A stretch of DNA of 64,000 nt, taken from the human T2T-CHM13v2.0 reference genome, Homo sapiens. The notes below the pieces were generated by a model. The model was not told where the DNA came from, did no database searches, and was given only the letters and a program-made list of their open reading frames with translations. Location: NCBI RefSeq assembly GCF_009914755.1, contig NC_060937.1, one strand, 5' to 3'. Within the stretch, counting starts at the first letter, position 1; each line of letters begins with the position of its first letter. Shown here in pieces: positions 40,926-54,665 of the stretch. The position numbers and the translations under genes were made by a program.

Positions 40926-41191
40926 CACATTTAAATTCTAACAGCAATATTTTGACAAAGGAATTGAACTAAACCAGTGAGTTTTCATGGAAAATAAGAC
41001 AAATGTGGTATATTTGTGTTAAATAAGGCATGTTTTTTAAAACAGGATTTAAATTTTTCCTCTGTAGACTGTAGTACAAAGACCTATTTTCATATCCTAT
41101 TTTCATGAATAATGCCATGAAGCCGAAACTACAACAAAGGTTAAGTCCAGTTGGTAACTGGTTCTCTAAGGACTGCAATCTTGTTTGCTAG

Positions 41192-41234
41192 AAAACAAAA
41201 CAAAACAAAACACACACACACACACACACACACA
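41192..41234. repeat. (AAAAC)n-(CA)n compound microsatellite
   Basis: aaaacaaaacaaaacaaaacacacacacacacacacacacaca. Confidence 0.9.
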
Positions 41235-43067
41235 TAAAAACATCACTGAAAGGTTTTCTAAGCTCATCTGAGGGAACAGGCTGCCATCCTATAACTTTAG
41301 CAGTGAAATAAGTCATAGTTTACACCAGCAACAAAATCAGCCAAAGTACTTTCTCTCTAAATCATAGGTAAACATCACAGAAGGAGAAAAAGATGTTTAA
41401 CAAATAACCAAACAAGGGTTATCTGCTACCCTTAGAAGCAAGTGTGTGCACATCGTGGGTGGAAAAGTAACAGCACGACAAGGCAGAGAGAACCAGATCC
41501 AGATTGCAGGGCAGATTTAAACATCATGTCTTTGTGGATAAGCAAAGGAAAAACTACCGAAGCCATTTTTTCATTATACATATAAATCACAGTAAAATGT
41601 GTCACAGGGAAGTTTCGCTTGATGATCTGATGCTTCAGCTATCTTCTGGAGGATACTCAATTTTAGATTGATGACAGTCATCAATTTGCCTCCAATTTGC
41701 TTTATACTGTTCTCCCCCTGTTTACTATTTGTTTTACTTTTCCTCCCTCTTGGTATTTTTTATAATCATCACATTAAGATTAAATAACAGAGCAAAAATC
41801 TTTCCTTCAAAAGCAACAGTAAACTGAGATTTATCACTGTCTTTCTTGGGTCCATTTGTATGAGCAGTTTTTCCGGATGTAATAGAAAGTGATCCGTTTA
41901 CTTCTTTTCTGCATCACTTCTTTTTCCATTGATGGTAGACAACTAGATACAGACACATCCTATCTTTCTCTACTCTTCATTTCTCCATAGGAGATACCTA
42001 CTGAGTAATGATATAGTGGCAGTTGTTTCTGTTTTTCATCATTCAAGATGTAACTATATAGAGATCTGGGCAATCGGAATAGGAGGAAGTCCAATTTTAG
42101 TCCTGAAAAATTGTAATAGACGCAATCTGCTGTGGGAGTGGTGGGAATTACACTCTCACGAACAGACTTACTATTGGCAAAACTATCAGGGCTAGAACAG
42201 CCGTTCCCCTCCAACCCCCAGCATATAAAAAAGTAAATGGAAAATATAAATAGCAAGGACTCTATTTATACCACCGCAAAATAAGGAGGGAAATCATGAA
42301 AATTGAGAGGCAGAGCTCACTGCTGTGATAAAGCCTTACATAAGGATGCAAGTAAATACGGTATTTGTGAAAGAAGAACAGAAAATCACAAAGCAGGAAA
42401 AGGCAATGTATAAAGGCATTATAAGAGGCAGAGATAGAAGGGGGAGAGAAGATGGAATTTCAGGACACAAAATTGCCATTCTCATTGGAGATAGCAAAAA
42501 GTAGCATTAACTCTTGGGGAAAATTGGGTCATTGATTTACAGAACAATCTTTAGAATCTTTCCCAGAAGTTATTTAAAATCAATAAAAATTGATTCGTAA
42601 ACAATAAAGCAGAAAAGGATACATAAATAAATAAATAAAGGATGGAGGGCAAAGTATCACTCTCAGAATTATGGGATTCATAAGGAATCATCAAGAACAA
42701 AAGTAGCAATTAATAGCCCAAAGAAAGAAATATTTAACTAATAGAAATCATTTAATACAGGGCCCTACAAGTTCTTAACAAATTTAATGATAGCCCTTCC
42801 CAAAATTCTACCAACACTGTCAACTAAGTAATACAGGATAAGGGAGTGTTATACACTGAATTTTAAGGAAAACTTTTACAACTCATTAATCTTCCCACAG
42901 CCAAGTTGCTTTAATGTGTGAGGAAAACAGAAAGACTATTTTACATAAGAAAGGACTGGCAGCATATTATTCATTTACGCTTTTGTAAAAATTACCTGAA
43001 GCCTCACTCAAATGATAGAAAAAGAAAAACAAAGAAGTTAGGAAATAGAGAAATAAGAGTTGTAAAT

Positions 43068-43210
43068 TGAGGTCTCAAAATCAAATGTCTTACTGGAGGA
43101 GGGCTAGTAATATAAATGTGTAAATTGGGCGAAGAATGGCAATAGAAAGTGGTGATATTTGTGGCAAACTGAAGAGTTCATGCCCCACCTAAAGGCACTG
43201 AAATGCAAAT
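43068..43210. mobile_element. MER102-like hAT-Charlie fragment
   Basis: gaggtctcaaaatcaaatg...caatagaaagtggtg...tgtggcaaactgaagagttcatgccccacctaaagg. Confidence 0.6.
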
Positions 43211-43256
43211 GCTGAAAATATATCTTACTTCTTACCGTATCTGTTGCCTCCACCTA

Positions 43257-43540
43257 GCCAGAGGCTGGCAGATCACTTGAGGTTAACAGTTCAAGACCAG
43301 CCTGGCCAACATGGTGAAACCCCATCTCTAATAAAAATACACACATACACAAAAATTAGCCGGGTGTGGTGGCACATACCTGTAGACCCAGCTACTCAGC
43401 AGGCTGAGGCAGGAGAATCATTTGAACCCAGGAGGCAGGGGTTGCAATGAGCTGAGATCATGCCACTGCACTCCAGTCTGGGTGACAGAGCAAAGCTCCA
43501 TCTCAAAAAAATTAATAAATAAACAAAAATTAAATAAATT
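43257..43540 (+). mobile_element. 5'-truncated AluS
   Basis: cagatcacttgagg...ccagcctggccaacatggtgaaacccc...ctccatctc followed by an A-rich tail. Confidence 0.92.
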
Positions 43541-44273
43541 GTAATAAAAGATGATGGGCAGCACATTGTTGCAGTGGTTTCTGAGTCTGTCCCTCCCCAT
43601 GCACGCCTATTCCAACATGCAGCAGGCAGCAGGCCACAGCCTTCACCATATGCTTCCTGTGGAATTTAGGAGCACCTTTGATGATGGATTATAATAATCA
43701 CAAGATTTGTTCTGTTCCAGTGGTGCCAGCTAATAAAGCCCAACATTTATGTATAATTGGGATCCTGTGCCAAGAAAGTTAAATTTATCCAATAAAACAT
43801 ATTTCCCCTTTTGAAGCTATATAGAAAGACATTATTGCCAACTTCATTGCAAGGAAATTTTTCAAAACATATAAAATCAGTGACTCATTCATTCCTTAAA
43901 CCTTTCATTAGTTGACTAAATCTTTCATGCTAACTGGGAAAAAGCAATAACAATCAAATGGAAGATCTCTCTGTCATGTAATTTTTATATCAAAGGCCTA
44001 TGATTATACTTGCATTAACATGTTTAAAACTCTGTATTTATAGTTGAACTGTGTAAAAATTAATGGAAAAACAAAGACCAAGGCCTTGATCTGAGGGAGA
44101 TGGGGGATTCCCTGGAGCTAAGGAAAGATCTTGATGACAGCTTTTTCCAACAGGGAAATAATAGTTGTATCATTCTCAATACCAGGCATATTATTCTCAT
44201 TCGCTCCCTCTCTCTCTGCCCTTCCCAACAAGGTCTGAGACAGTTTCATAAAAGAAGGAAGAGCTATCTTGTC

Positions 44274-44564
44274 TTTTTGAGACAGGATCTTGCTGTGTCA
44301 CCCAGGCTGGTGTGGAGTACAGTGGTGTATTCATGCTCACTGCAGCTTCAACCTCCTGGGCTTGAGCATTCCTAACACCTCAGCCTCCAAGTAGGTGGGA
44401 CTACAAGTGTGCACCACCATACCTGGCAATTTTAAAAAATTTTTTTTGTAGAGATGGGGTCTCACTATGTTGCCCAGGCTGGTCTCAAACTTCTGGACTC
44501 AAATCATCCTCCTTCATTGGCCTCCAAAGTGCTAGGATTATAGGCATGAGCCACCACACCCAGC
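44274..44564 (-). mobile_element. AluJ
   Basis: gagacaggatcttgct...cactgcagcttcaacctcctgggcttgagc...ttgtagagatggggtctcactatgttgcccaggctgg (J-type features). Confidence 0.9.
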
Positions 44565-45595
44565 AGGGCTATTCTTTATGAGCTCCAGGTTTACACATTT
44601 GTTCCTGGGGGAAAAATATCGTATTCTTTCACCCAACTCCCTACCTGGCGAGCATTCTTCTGAACCATGACTCTCAGATATTGACACCTGGAAAAATACA
44701 ACTATTCATTAAACAAGTTTTGAATTCCTAATGTGGCAGGTGTCATGTTAGACACTGGAAACACAACTGTAAACAAGATAGATTTAGTTTACATCTTCAC
44801 AAAATATTGAAGTAAAGGGAATACTTCTAAACATTTTATGAGGCCAACATTACCCTGATATAAAAGCTAGAAAACGACACTACAAGAAAAGAAAGTTACA
44901 GGCCAATATCCCTGATGAACACAGATGCAAAAATCCTCAACAAAATATCACCAAACCAAATTCCACAGCACATTAAAAAGATTATTCACCATGATTAAGT
45001 GCAATTTATCCTAGGGATGTGAACATAGTTCAACATAAAAACATGATCCACCATATTAGTGGAATGAAGGATAAAAACCGTATGATCATCTCAACAGATG
45101 CTGAAAAAGTACTTGAAAAAATTCAACATTCTCTTATGATAACAATTCTTAATAAATTAGATATAGAGAGAATGTCTCAAAACAAAAAAGGCTGTATATG
45201 GCAAGCTCACAGCTAACATTATCCTCAGCAGGGAAAAGTTGAAAGCTTTTCTTCTGAGATCAGGAACAAGACAATGATGCCCACTCTTCTCAGTTCTATT
45301 CAACAAAGTACTGGAAGTCCTAGGCAGAGCAATTAGGCAAGGGAAAGAAATAAAAGGCATCCAAGACAGAGATGAAAAAATTAAATCAGCCCTGTTTGCA
45401 GATGATACATTCTTAAACATTAAAAACTCTGAAGACTTCACCAGAAAACTGTTGGAACTAATAATTTGGTATAATTGCAAAGTACAAAATCAACATTCAA
45501 AAATCAGTAGAATTTCTATATGCTAACTATGAACTATCAGAAAAAGAAATCAAGAAAGCAATTCTGCTTACAATAGCTACAAAAAACTTAAAATA

Positions 45596-46796
45596 CAATT
45601 ACCTGCTGCACAATGAATTTGGTTAATGACAGAAAACATACAAGACAGTGGCCCTATAAGATTATAATCAAGCTGAAAAATTCCTATCATCTTAGCACAA
45701 TGCATTTCTCATGTGTTTGTGGTGATTCTGGTGTAAAAAAACCTACTGTGCTGCCAGTCATCTAAAATATGTAACACATGCAATTATGTACAGCACATAA
45801 TAGTTGATAATTATAAAAACAACTGTTATTTGGCTTATGGATTTACTATTTATCCAACTGGCTTGTGGATTTACTATACATTTTATCATTATTTTAGAGT
45901 GTACTCCTAACTATAATAGACAAGTTAACTGTAAAACAGCCTCAGGGGAGTCCTTCAGGAGGTCTTCCAGAAGAAGGCATTGTTATCATAGGAGATGACA
46001 GTTCCATGCGTGTGATTGCTCCCGAAAACTTTCCAGTGGGACAAGATGTGGAAGTGGAACACAGTGATATTGAAGATCCTGACCCTGTATATGCCTAGGC
46101 TAATATGTTTCCATCTTAGTTCTTAACAAAAACATTTAAAAAGTAAAAAAAGTAAATGAATAAATTCTAGAAAAAACCTTACAGAATAAGAATATAAGGA
46201 AAAATATTTTTATAGAGCTGTGCAATGCGTTTGTGGTCTAAGCTAAGTGTTATTACAGAAGAGTCAAAAATTTAAAAATAACAAAAATTTTATGAAGTAA
46301 AAAAGTTATAGTAAGATAAGGTTAATTCGTTATTAAAGAAAAATATTTATTTTTAATAAATATAGTGCAACCTATGTGTACAGTGATTATGAAGTCTACA
46401 GTAGTGTGTCCTAGGCCTTCACATCCACTCACCACTCACTGACTTACCCAGAACAACTTCCAGTCTTGCAAGCCCCGTTCATGGTAAGTGCCCTAGGCAG
46501 GTGTATCACTTTTTAATCTTTTATACCATATTTTAATGTACCTTTTCTATGATTAGATATGTTTAGATACACAATCACTTAACACTGTGTTACAATTGCC
46601 CACAGTATTCAGTACAGGCATATGTTGTACAGGTTTGTGGCCTAGAAGCAATAGGCTATGCCACATAGCGAAGGTGTATGGTAGGCTATACCATCTAGGC
46701 TTCTGTAAGTATTCTCTGTGATGTTTGTACAAAGATGAAATTGTGTAATGACACATTTCTCAGAACATATCCCCATTGTTAAGCAACACACAACTG
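45596..46796 (+). mobile_element. Tigger3b (Golem) DNA transposon
   Basis: gacagtggccctataagattataat...catttctcagaacatatccccattgttaagcaacacacaactg; about 1.2 kb; L1 sequence is contiguous across it. Confidence 0.88.
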
Positions 46797-46872
46797 TTTT
46801 GGGGAAAAAATTTAACCAAGGAGGTTAAATATTTGTACACTGAAAAACTGTAAAACATTGATGAAAAAAATT

Positions 46873-46922
46873 GAAGACACAAATAAATGGAAGACACAAA
46901 TAAATTGAAGACACAAATAAAT
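46873..46922. repeat. Tandem triplication, 17-bp period, inside L1 ORF2
   Basis: gaagacacaaataaat three times (46873, 46890, 46907). Confidence 0.95.
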
Positions 46923-48699
46923 CCATGAACATGGATTGGAAAAATTAATATTGTTAAAATGTCCATACTTTCCAAAGCAATCTCTATCAAAATGACATTT
47001 TTCACAGAAATATCCAAAAAAAATCTTAAGTTTTTTTTATGGAACCACAAAAGAACCCTGAATAACCAAAGAAATATTGAGCAAAAGGAACAAAGCTGGA
47101 GCCATCACATTACCTGACTTCAAAGCATACCACAGAGCTATAGTGATTAAAACAGCAAAGTACTATCACATAGAGTAATAGAACAGACACATACATCAAT
47201 GGAACAGAATATAGAGCATAGAAATAAAACCACATATTTATAGTCAATTGAGGACAAAGATGTCAATAACACACAATGGGGAATGAACAGTATTTTCATA
47301 CATAGTGTTGGAACAACTGGATATCCACATGCAGAAGGATAAAATTATATGCTTATCTCATGCCATATACAAAAATTGGCTCAAAATGGAAGACTTAACC
47401 TAATAAATCTTAAACATTTGAATGTATGACACAAGTTATAAACCACTAGAAGAAAACATAGAAAAAAAGCTCTGTGACATTGCTCCGGGCAATAACATTT
47501 TGGATATAAAGCCAAAAGCACAGGCAACAAAAACAAAAGAAGACAAATGGGATTATATCAAACTAAAAAGCTTCTGCACAGTAAGGGAACAATCAACAGA
47601 GTGAAGAGACAGTCTGTGAAATGGGAGAAGATATATGTAAATGCATTTGATAAGGGGTTAATATCTAAGATACACAAGGAACTCATATACCTCAGTAGTA
47701 ACAAAAGAATGAAATTCTTAAAAACAGGTAAAGGATATGAATAGTTATCTCTCAAAAGGAGATACACATGGCTAACAGGTATATGAAAAATGTTCGGCAT
47801 CACTAATTATCAGGAAAATGCAAACTAAAATCACAATGAGATATCACCACACACCTGTTATTTTGGTGATCAAAAAGATGAAAGATAACAAATGTTGGCA
47901 AGGATGTAGAAAACAGAAAACTCTTCCACTGTGTTGGAAGGAATGTAAATGAATACAGCTTTTATGGAAGACAATATGGAGGTTCCTCAAAAAATTAAAA
48001 ATAGAACTATCACATGACCCAGCAATCCCACTACTGGGTCTGTATCCAAAGGAAATTAAATCACTATGTCAAAGAGATTTCTGCTCTTCCATGTTTACTG
48101 CAGCATTGTTCACAATAGCCAAAATATGAAATCTACCTAAGTACCCATGAACAAATGAATGGATTTTTTAAATGTGGTATATATATACAATGGAGTATTA
48201 TTAAGCCTTAAAAACGAAGGAAATCTTGTGTTTGCAACAACATGGATGAACCTGGAAGACATTTATAGTAAGTGAAATAAGTGAGGTTTAGAAAAACAAA
48301 TACTGCATGTCCTCATTCCTATGGGGAATCTTAAAAAATAAAAGCCACAGAGGTTGAGAGCATAATAATAGTGGTTTCCAGGGGTACGGGGTGGGGGCTC
48401 AGAAGATTTTGGTCAAAGGACACAAAATTTCAATTCAATAGAAAAAATAAATTCAAGAAATCTATTGTCCAATATGGTAACTATAGTTGATAACTATGTA
48501 TTATATTCTTGAAAATTTCAAAATATTTTAAGAAGTTCTCACCACAAATATAAGTACACGAGGTGATGCAGATATTAATTAGCTTGATTTAACCATTCCA
48601 CAATGTATACATATTTCAAAACAGCGTGATGTACACTATAAAAATATACAGTTTTATTTGTCAACTAAAAACAAGTCAAACAATACACACAAAAAATAA

Positions 48700-49250
48700 A
48701 AAACTTACAGTCTAGAGGAAAGACTGATAAGTAAAAGACTAAAAAGTGTGATTATAATACTATGAATATGTGCAATCTGTATCGTAATGCAGGATGCTAC
48801 AGGACTCTTACGAAGACATCTAGCCCAATGAAGCAGGTATCAGGGGAGGCTTCTCATCCAACTGCACTATGGAAGATGAACAGAGGGGTAGGATTTGACG
48901 CTGCAGAGGGATGGAAGTTCATAGAGACCCAGCAGTTGGAGACAATGTAGCACAGCTATAGAGAGTTAAAAGCTGGAGGAATGGTGAGCCATGACGTTGG
49001 AAACTCTCGACGTGTATTAAGAACTCGAACTTCATTCTCTCAGATTAAATGAGGAAAGCTAGCAAAGAGTTTTAAGGAAGAATATAACATGATCACATTC
49101 ACCTTTTAGAAAGAGTTCTACATTCATGGTGTAGAGAAAGTGGCAAGGTTGAACTCTGAGAAACGTGGTGGCTAGAATCTGGGTAAGAAGTCCTGTGGAC
49201 AATGGGAAGTAGCTGTGAGAACAGTGGAGGATATAGAAATGGTCAGGAAG
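48700..49250 (-). mobile_element. L2 LINE relic continuing from 44700-44790
   Basis: cttacagtctagaggaaagactgataagtaaa...taacatgatcacattcaccttttagaaagag. Confidence 0.6.
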
Positions 49251-49649
49251 AAAACCCAACAGACTTGGTGGTTCTTCAGACAGTGTTGGATTTAGGTTGC
49301 AGTCAGAGCTGTCTCTGTCCTCCTGTTCCTCAGAGCTGAAGTCTTTGCTGATGGTCACCCAGGGAGCCCTTAGGTAGTTAATTTTAGTGGCCAGTTCTAT
49401 TTTCACCATCAGTCTCTTCCCCAGAGACACACAGGATCTCTGCCACTGGCTCCTGTCTTACCATGCTCTCGTTTTTGTTAAATTCTTTCTTCCTTAGCAC
49501 CAACTTAATGCCCTTCAAAAATCCATGTTTAAAATGTATGCTTTTTCTACAGAATGAAATACAGTTTACTCTGAACTTTCAGGAAATCATGGAAAAAGAG
49601 AGTTTGCACATTTTCTTTCCCAGAGGAAATCATATTAAAGTTAAAAAAT

Positions 49650-50650
49650 AAGTTATTCATTGATCTATTCAATAAATATGTATTTATTTACTTTTATTAT
49701 TTATTTATTTATCTTTAGAGATAGAATCTCACTCTGTTGCCCAGGCTATCCTTGAACTCTGAACTTCAAGTGATCCTCCTGCCTCAATCTCCCAAAATTC
49801 TGGGATTACAGGTGTGAGCTACCATATCTAGACTCAATAAATATTTATTAAGTGTCTTTTATGCGCCATGTACCATACATGATACTGGGGCACAGCAGTG
49901 AACAAAACACAGAGAGTCTGTGTCCATGGAGCTCGTTCTTCAGGGAGGAAACCGACTCTGTACATCACAAATACTATACGTACACACTGACTACATATAC
50001 ACACATACATATAGATAGATGTGTCAACATATATTAAGTCTGATGGTGATAAGAGGGAAGGCATTGTTACAGTGTGCCAGGGAAAAAGCCTCATTATGAA
50101 GACGACCTTTGAGCAAAGACCTAAAGAATATAAAAGAGGAAACACAGATATCTGGGAGAAAAGTAGTCTGCAAGCAGGATCAATAAGTGGTGCCTTGCCT
50201 GGCATGTATGAGACATGGCCAGTAGACTGTAATAGCTGGAGCAGAGTGAGCAAGAGGAAGAAGCTGGGAGATGCATTCATGACGCACCGGGCAAGGATGG
50301 GGTGGGAGGGAAGAAGATCATACAAACTTGCCTCCTCTTTTCATTGACTTGGGAAGCCACTGGAGTGTCTGTGTAGAGGCCTGATACCATTTGACTTGAG
50401 TATTAACAGGCTCATCCTCGTTTCTACTTAAAGAAAAGATTGTAGGAGGGTAAGGTAGAAGCAAAAAGACCAGTTAGCAAGCTTTTGCATCCAGAAGACG
50501 ACGATGACTTGGGCTGGAGTTATGCAGTGGAGGTGGTGAGCAGTTGTCATGTTCTGGTTATGTTTTGATGAAATGTCTACAGATTTTGCTGAAAGAACCA
50601 GGGTGGGTGCCGGCGACGTCAAGGATGATTCCCAGGTTTGGTGCTGCAGT
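49650..50650 (-). mobile_element. L2a LINE 3' region
   Basis: caataaatatttattaagtg...ctggggcacagcagtgaacaaaac...ctttgagcaaagacctaaag...gtcaaggatgattcccaggttt. Confidence 0.8.
49680..49833 (-). mobile_element. FLAM (Alu monomer) inserted in an L2 tail
   Basis: Single monomer with (TTTA)n tail; TSD tcaataaatat at 49669-49679 and 49834-49844. Confidence 0.85.
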
Positions 50651-52925
50651 TTGCTTAGAGAAGTCTTAGACAAGCCTTTTAGACGAGTCTGCTGGGGCCA
50701 TCCTCAATTCCTCCAAATACGCTTTCTCACCCTTTGACTGCTGGCTCTCCTGCTAGCCATTTTCTCCTTTTAAGATGAGGATATTTAATAATCACTCTCT
50801 TGATTCTCTACCCATCTTCTTCCAAAAATCAACCATCCAGTTTCCAAATGTGTAAAATGTGTGGGAAAATCAAGCTATTTTCAAAAGTGCTGTAAGTGAT
50901 TACAACCTAAAAGGATAAATGTTGGTGTTTTGTCTACACAGCCTCTCTTTCTCCCTCCAGAACTAATTGTCAATGTAGACAGCAGAATGAGGATTAGCTG
51001 GGCTCCAGAAGAGTTCATCATGTTCTGTGGGAATAATCTAATTTACCCACATTTGTGAAAAGTACCTTTATTAGATTTGTCATATTGTGCCATTGAATTA
51101 AAGACCAACTAACATTTGACTCTCAGCAGAAAGCTATGGAGACTAAGCATCACTAGACTACCCAGGGGAAGCCACTAGGCAACCAAGACCACAGAGGACT
51201 TCCTCCAGCAAAAGGGCAATGACCCATTCCTTTGCATGAGGGATGTTGGGATGTTCTAATAAATGTATTTGGCCTGAAACCTTCTTCTCACATTCAAGGA
51301 CAATTAGAAACATTTTAAAGAGAAGGTTGAAATAGCAGGAGGCAAAATAGTAAGTCATGTAAAAAAACAAACCATAAAAGATACCTGAATTAATGTACTT
51401 GAGAATGAGGAAGGCTTCTCCTTCTATTTGGCTAAAGTGAAATTGTTGCCCTTCTTGGCCATTCATTCAGCCAAAGCATAATCCTTAAACCAAGTAAAAG
51501 AGAGAATTGCATCATCTTGCCTTTGGGCACAAATCCCTTGAAACTCTGAGTAGATGCCTGAGGTGTTTAAGAATGTATCAAAACCTTCAGGTAAAGGAAT
51601 AACACTCTGATTACAGGGTGTAGGCATCAACTAGTAAGGAAGACATGTTGGAGGATACCAATAAATGTTCAGGACATTTAACATTTTCCTTTGCCTTTAC
51701 TCTGGTTGTGATGTTTTGCTCACGGCCACTGAACATTCATCGACCTTCCCACTGGCTTTGGTCAAAATATCCCCAATGATATTCTCTATCATTTCCTGAA
51801 TCTTTCACTTAATGAAAAGATTTTCATCCCTGCTCTTTTTAAAAAAAAAATTGTGGCCTTATTATCAATTGGAATAGATACTCATCCTCTGACATTTTAC
51901 GAGTTTAAGATTGTCATTAGTTATATAATTATCTTATGTATTTTAATTTATTTACATTACTATGACATGTGTTTTTGTCCTCCATGTAGAACTACAAACT
52001 CTTTATATCTAGGGATAATATCTAGTTGGTAAAATGCGCCAAAACTTTTAGGTAGTGTTATGCAGACGTCTATATTAATTGAGAACATTAATTATAAAAA
52101 TTGTAAAAGCAAAAGCGGAATGAGTTTCCAAGTGTAAAATTATGATTCAGATTTAGTTTCTATAAATGGAATCATACCAATACAGCAATATTTTGTTTCA
52201 ACTAAAATCTCTTAAGTAACAAACATTTAAAATTAGCTATAATTATTTAAGCAGTCAAAACAAACAGGGAAGCCAAAAATTCCATATCAGGATGTTATGA
52301 ATTTACCCATTCTGACATTACTATACAGGAGCTGTATTTAAAATTACCTCTAAGAAATTCATGATGCAATTTCAAAATGGAAAATAAAAAAAGACTACCA
52401 CATTTTGTCAACAGCACTCTAAAGAGGTCCTGATGCAGATACCTGTGAATTATTGTGAAATTCTATTATCTCATAGAAGGGGCTTAAGGAAAAAAAAAAA
52501 AAAAACAGTGTACTTCAGTTGGCATTTGCAAAGCTCTCTAACACAACTATTCCTTAGCATTATAAAAAAAACTCTAAGCCATGTCTTCTCTTGTTAGCTT
52601 GTATTCATTACAGAAGAGAAAGCAGTGATAACATAATATAGAACTGGCATTCTCCAAATGACTTTAATCCATCTTCCCAAAGACTAGTTCTCATTAATTT
52701 CAATAACCAGAGTCACAACCAGAAAATCAACAACCACAACAAAAATGGATAAACAAGTGACTTAAATGATGTGTTCTGAACCCTGTAAAATGCAAAACTG
52801 AAAGATACAAAACATGAAAATGGGGCCAACACTCGGCATGAAAATAGACGCGTACATTCCCATGCCTTGACAAAGTATAATATTCCAAACTCAAATTAAT
52901 GGGTCATCTCTAAAGAGTACTTTGG

Positions 52926-53279
<354 letters not shown>

Positions 53280-53289
53280 TCACTTGCTT

Positions 53290-54665
53290 TGGTTCTTTCA
53301 TCCAGCTTCCACAACCATCCGTCTAACAAAGCCAAGAAACCTGGAGTGTTCCTTGATATCTTTCTATCTCTCCACTTCACAACTAATTCCTCAGCACATT
53401 TTGTCTACTCTACCTTCAAATATTTTAGAGCTACTTACATGACCACCATTGCTATCACCTTGGTCCAAGCTTCCGTCATCTTTTATCTGGATGGCTGCAA
53501 AAGCTTCATGGTCTCTCTGTTCCATCCTTGTTTTCCTTCAGCCTATTGTCAACTCTGCAGCCTTTCAAAATCTGAGGATTGAACTCTGACCGTTTTTTTT
53601 CTTCTTGCCCAGATTTCTTTCTAAGAGGGCTGGGGAATTATGTCTTACAAACCATAGTATCTCATTAAGTGTTGGGTTTTTTTTTTAAATTAACCCAATA
53701 TAACTTGGCTTACTTTCCAACCTGACTCTGGTATAGCATTAAATGACAGATAGTAGACCCCCTTACCTTAAACATTCCTTTCTACTGATGTCTCAAGTCT
53801 TTAGACAAAGCTTAGCTCTGACAACCAACTGCCAACGAAAGAAGCTCTAAAACCCACTGACAACTTGTAAGGCCGTGCTTCAACATGCTTTGCCTATTCA
53901 GGCTGAACCAATGTATACCTTTCATGTATCGATTTATGATTTTACCTGCATTTGCAATCTCCCTAGAATGTATAAAACTAAACTGTAAGCCAACTGCCGC
54001 GGGCACACTTTCTTGTGCTCTCTTGAAACTGTTTCCACAGGTCACAGTCACTCATTGACTCAGAATAAACTTCTTTAAATATTTTGGCAGAATTTGGAGT
54101 TTTCATTATTAAATCTAAGGCAATTGGTCATTTATTTCTTCAAAATTATGAAACTGAAGAAATAGTGTCCCATTTTGCTTAAAGTAAAAGCCAAAATCTC
54201 TATATCCTTGAAGGCCCTATAAGATTAGTCTCTCTTAATCTCCGAGTTCATCTCCTAATTCTCTACTTTTCTCTCTTGTAACTGGCCTTTTTTTTTCTCA
54301 TAAATTATATCTCATCTGAAGCCTTTGCTCAAGGCACCTCTCATCCTGGAATGTGCTTTTCTCATATTCAGAAGGTGAAGTCCCTCATAATTGCTAAATG
54401 TTTACTTAATCCTATCTTCCTACTGAGGCTTGCCCTATTTAAAATGGAACTTCCCACACATTTCCTAACCTCTAACTCTGTTTCTTTATTTTTCTTTTGC
54501 ACTCATGATTTTTTAACATACTCTATTGTAATTATTCTTGCCCTACTAGAATATCAACTCCATTTTGGTAAGATGTTTTGGTCTATTTTGGGTCACAGTC
54601 ATATGCCCCAGCACAAAAAACTAGTTACTGGTAAATATTTGTTCAAAGAAATTCAATGAATAACA
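53290..54665 (+). mobile_element. L2 LINE relic split by an ERV1 LTR
   Basis: aagccaagaaacctggagtgttccttga...cttggtccaagc...aaagtaaaagccaaa...gtaaatatttgttcaaag...aatgaataa. Confidence 0.7.
53573..54111 (+). mobile_element. MER4-group ERV1 solo LTR (LTR54/MER4D-like)
   Basis: tgaggattgaactctgac...ggcttactttccaacctgactctgg...atgtataaaact...ctcagaataaacttctttaaatattt; probable TSD aatc. Confidence 0.75.

Larger units (their letters stand above)
44795..48675 (+). mobile_element. L1MA7/8-like LINE (ORF2 3' half plus 3' UTR), interrupted by Tigger3b and inserted into an L2
   Basis: RT remnant (caggccaatatccctgatgaacacagatgcaaaaatcctc, ctgtttgcagatga); 3' UTR ttcaagaaatctattgtcc...aattagcttgatttaaccattccacaatgtatacatatttcaaaaca. 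Confidence 0.9.

Noticed and set aside
41615-41680. TGATGA and CTGA motifs suggesting a C/D-box snoRNA
   Set aside because: The boxes are adjacent rather than 60-100 nt apart, and I see no terminal stem or guide sequence
41960-42256. 98-aa ORF with a signal-peptide-like start
   Set aside because: Non-ATG start; the hydrophobic N-terminus comes from T-rich sequence; no recognised homology
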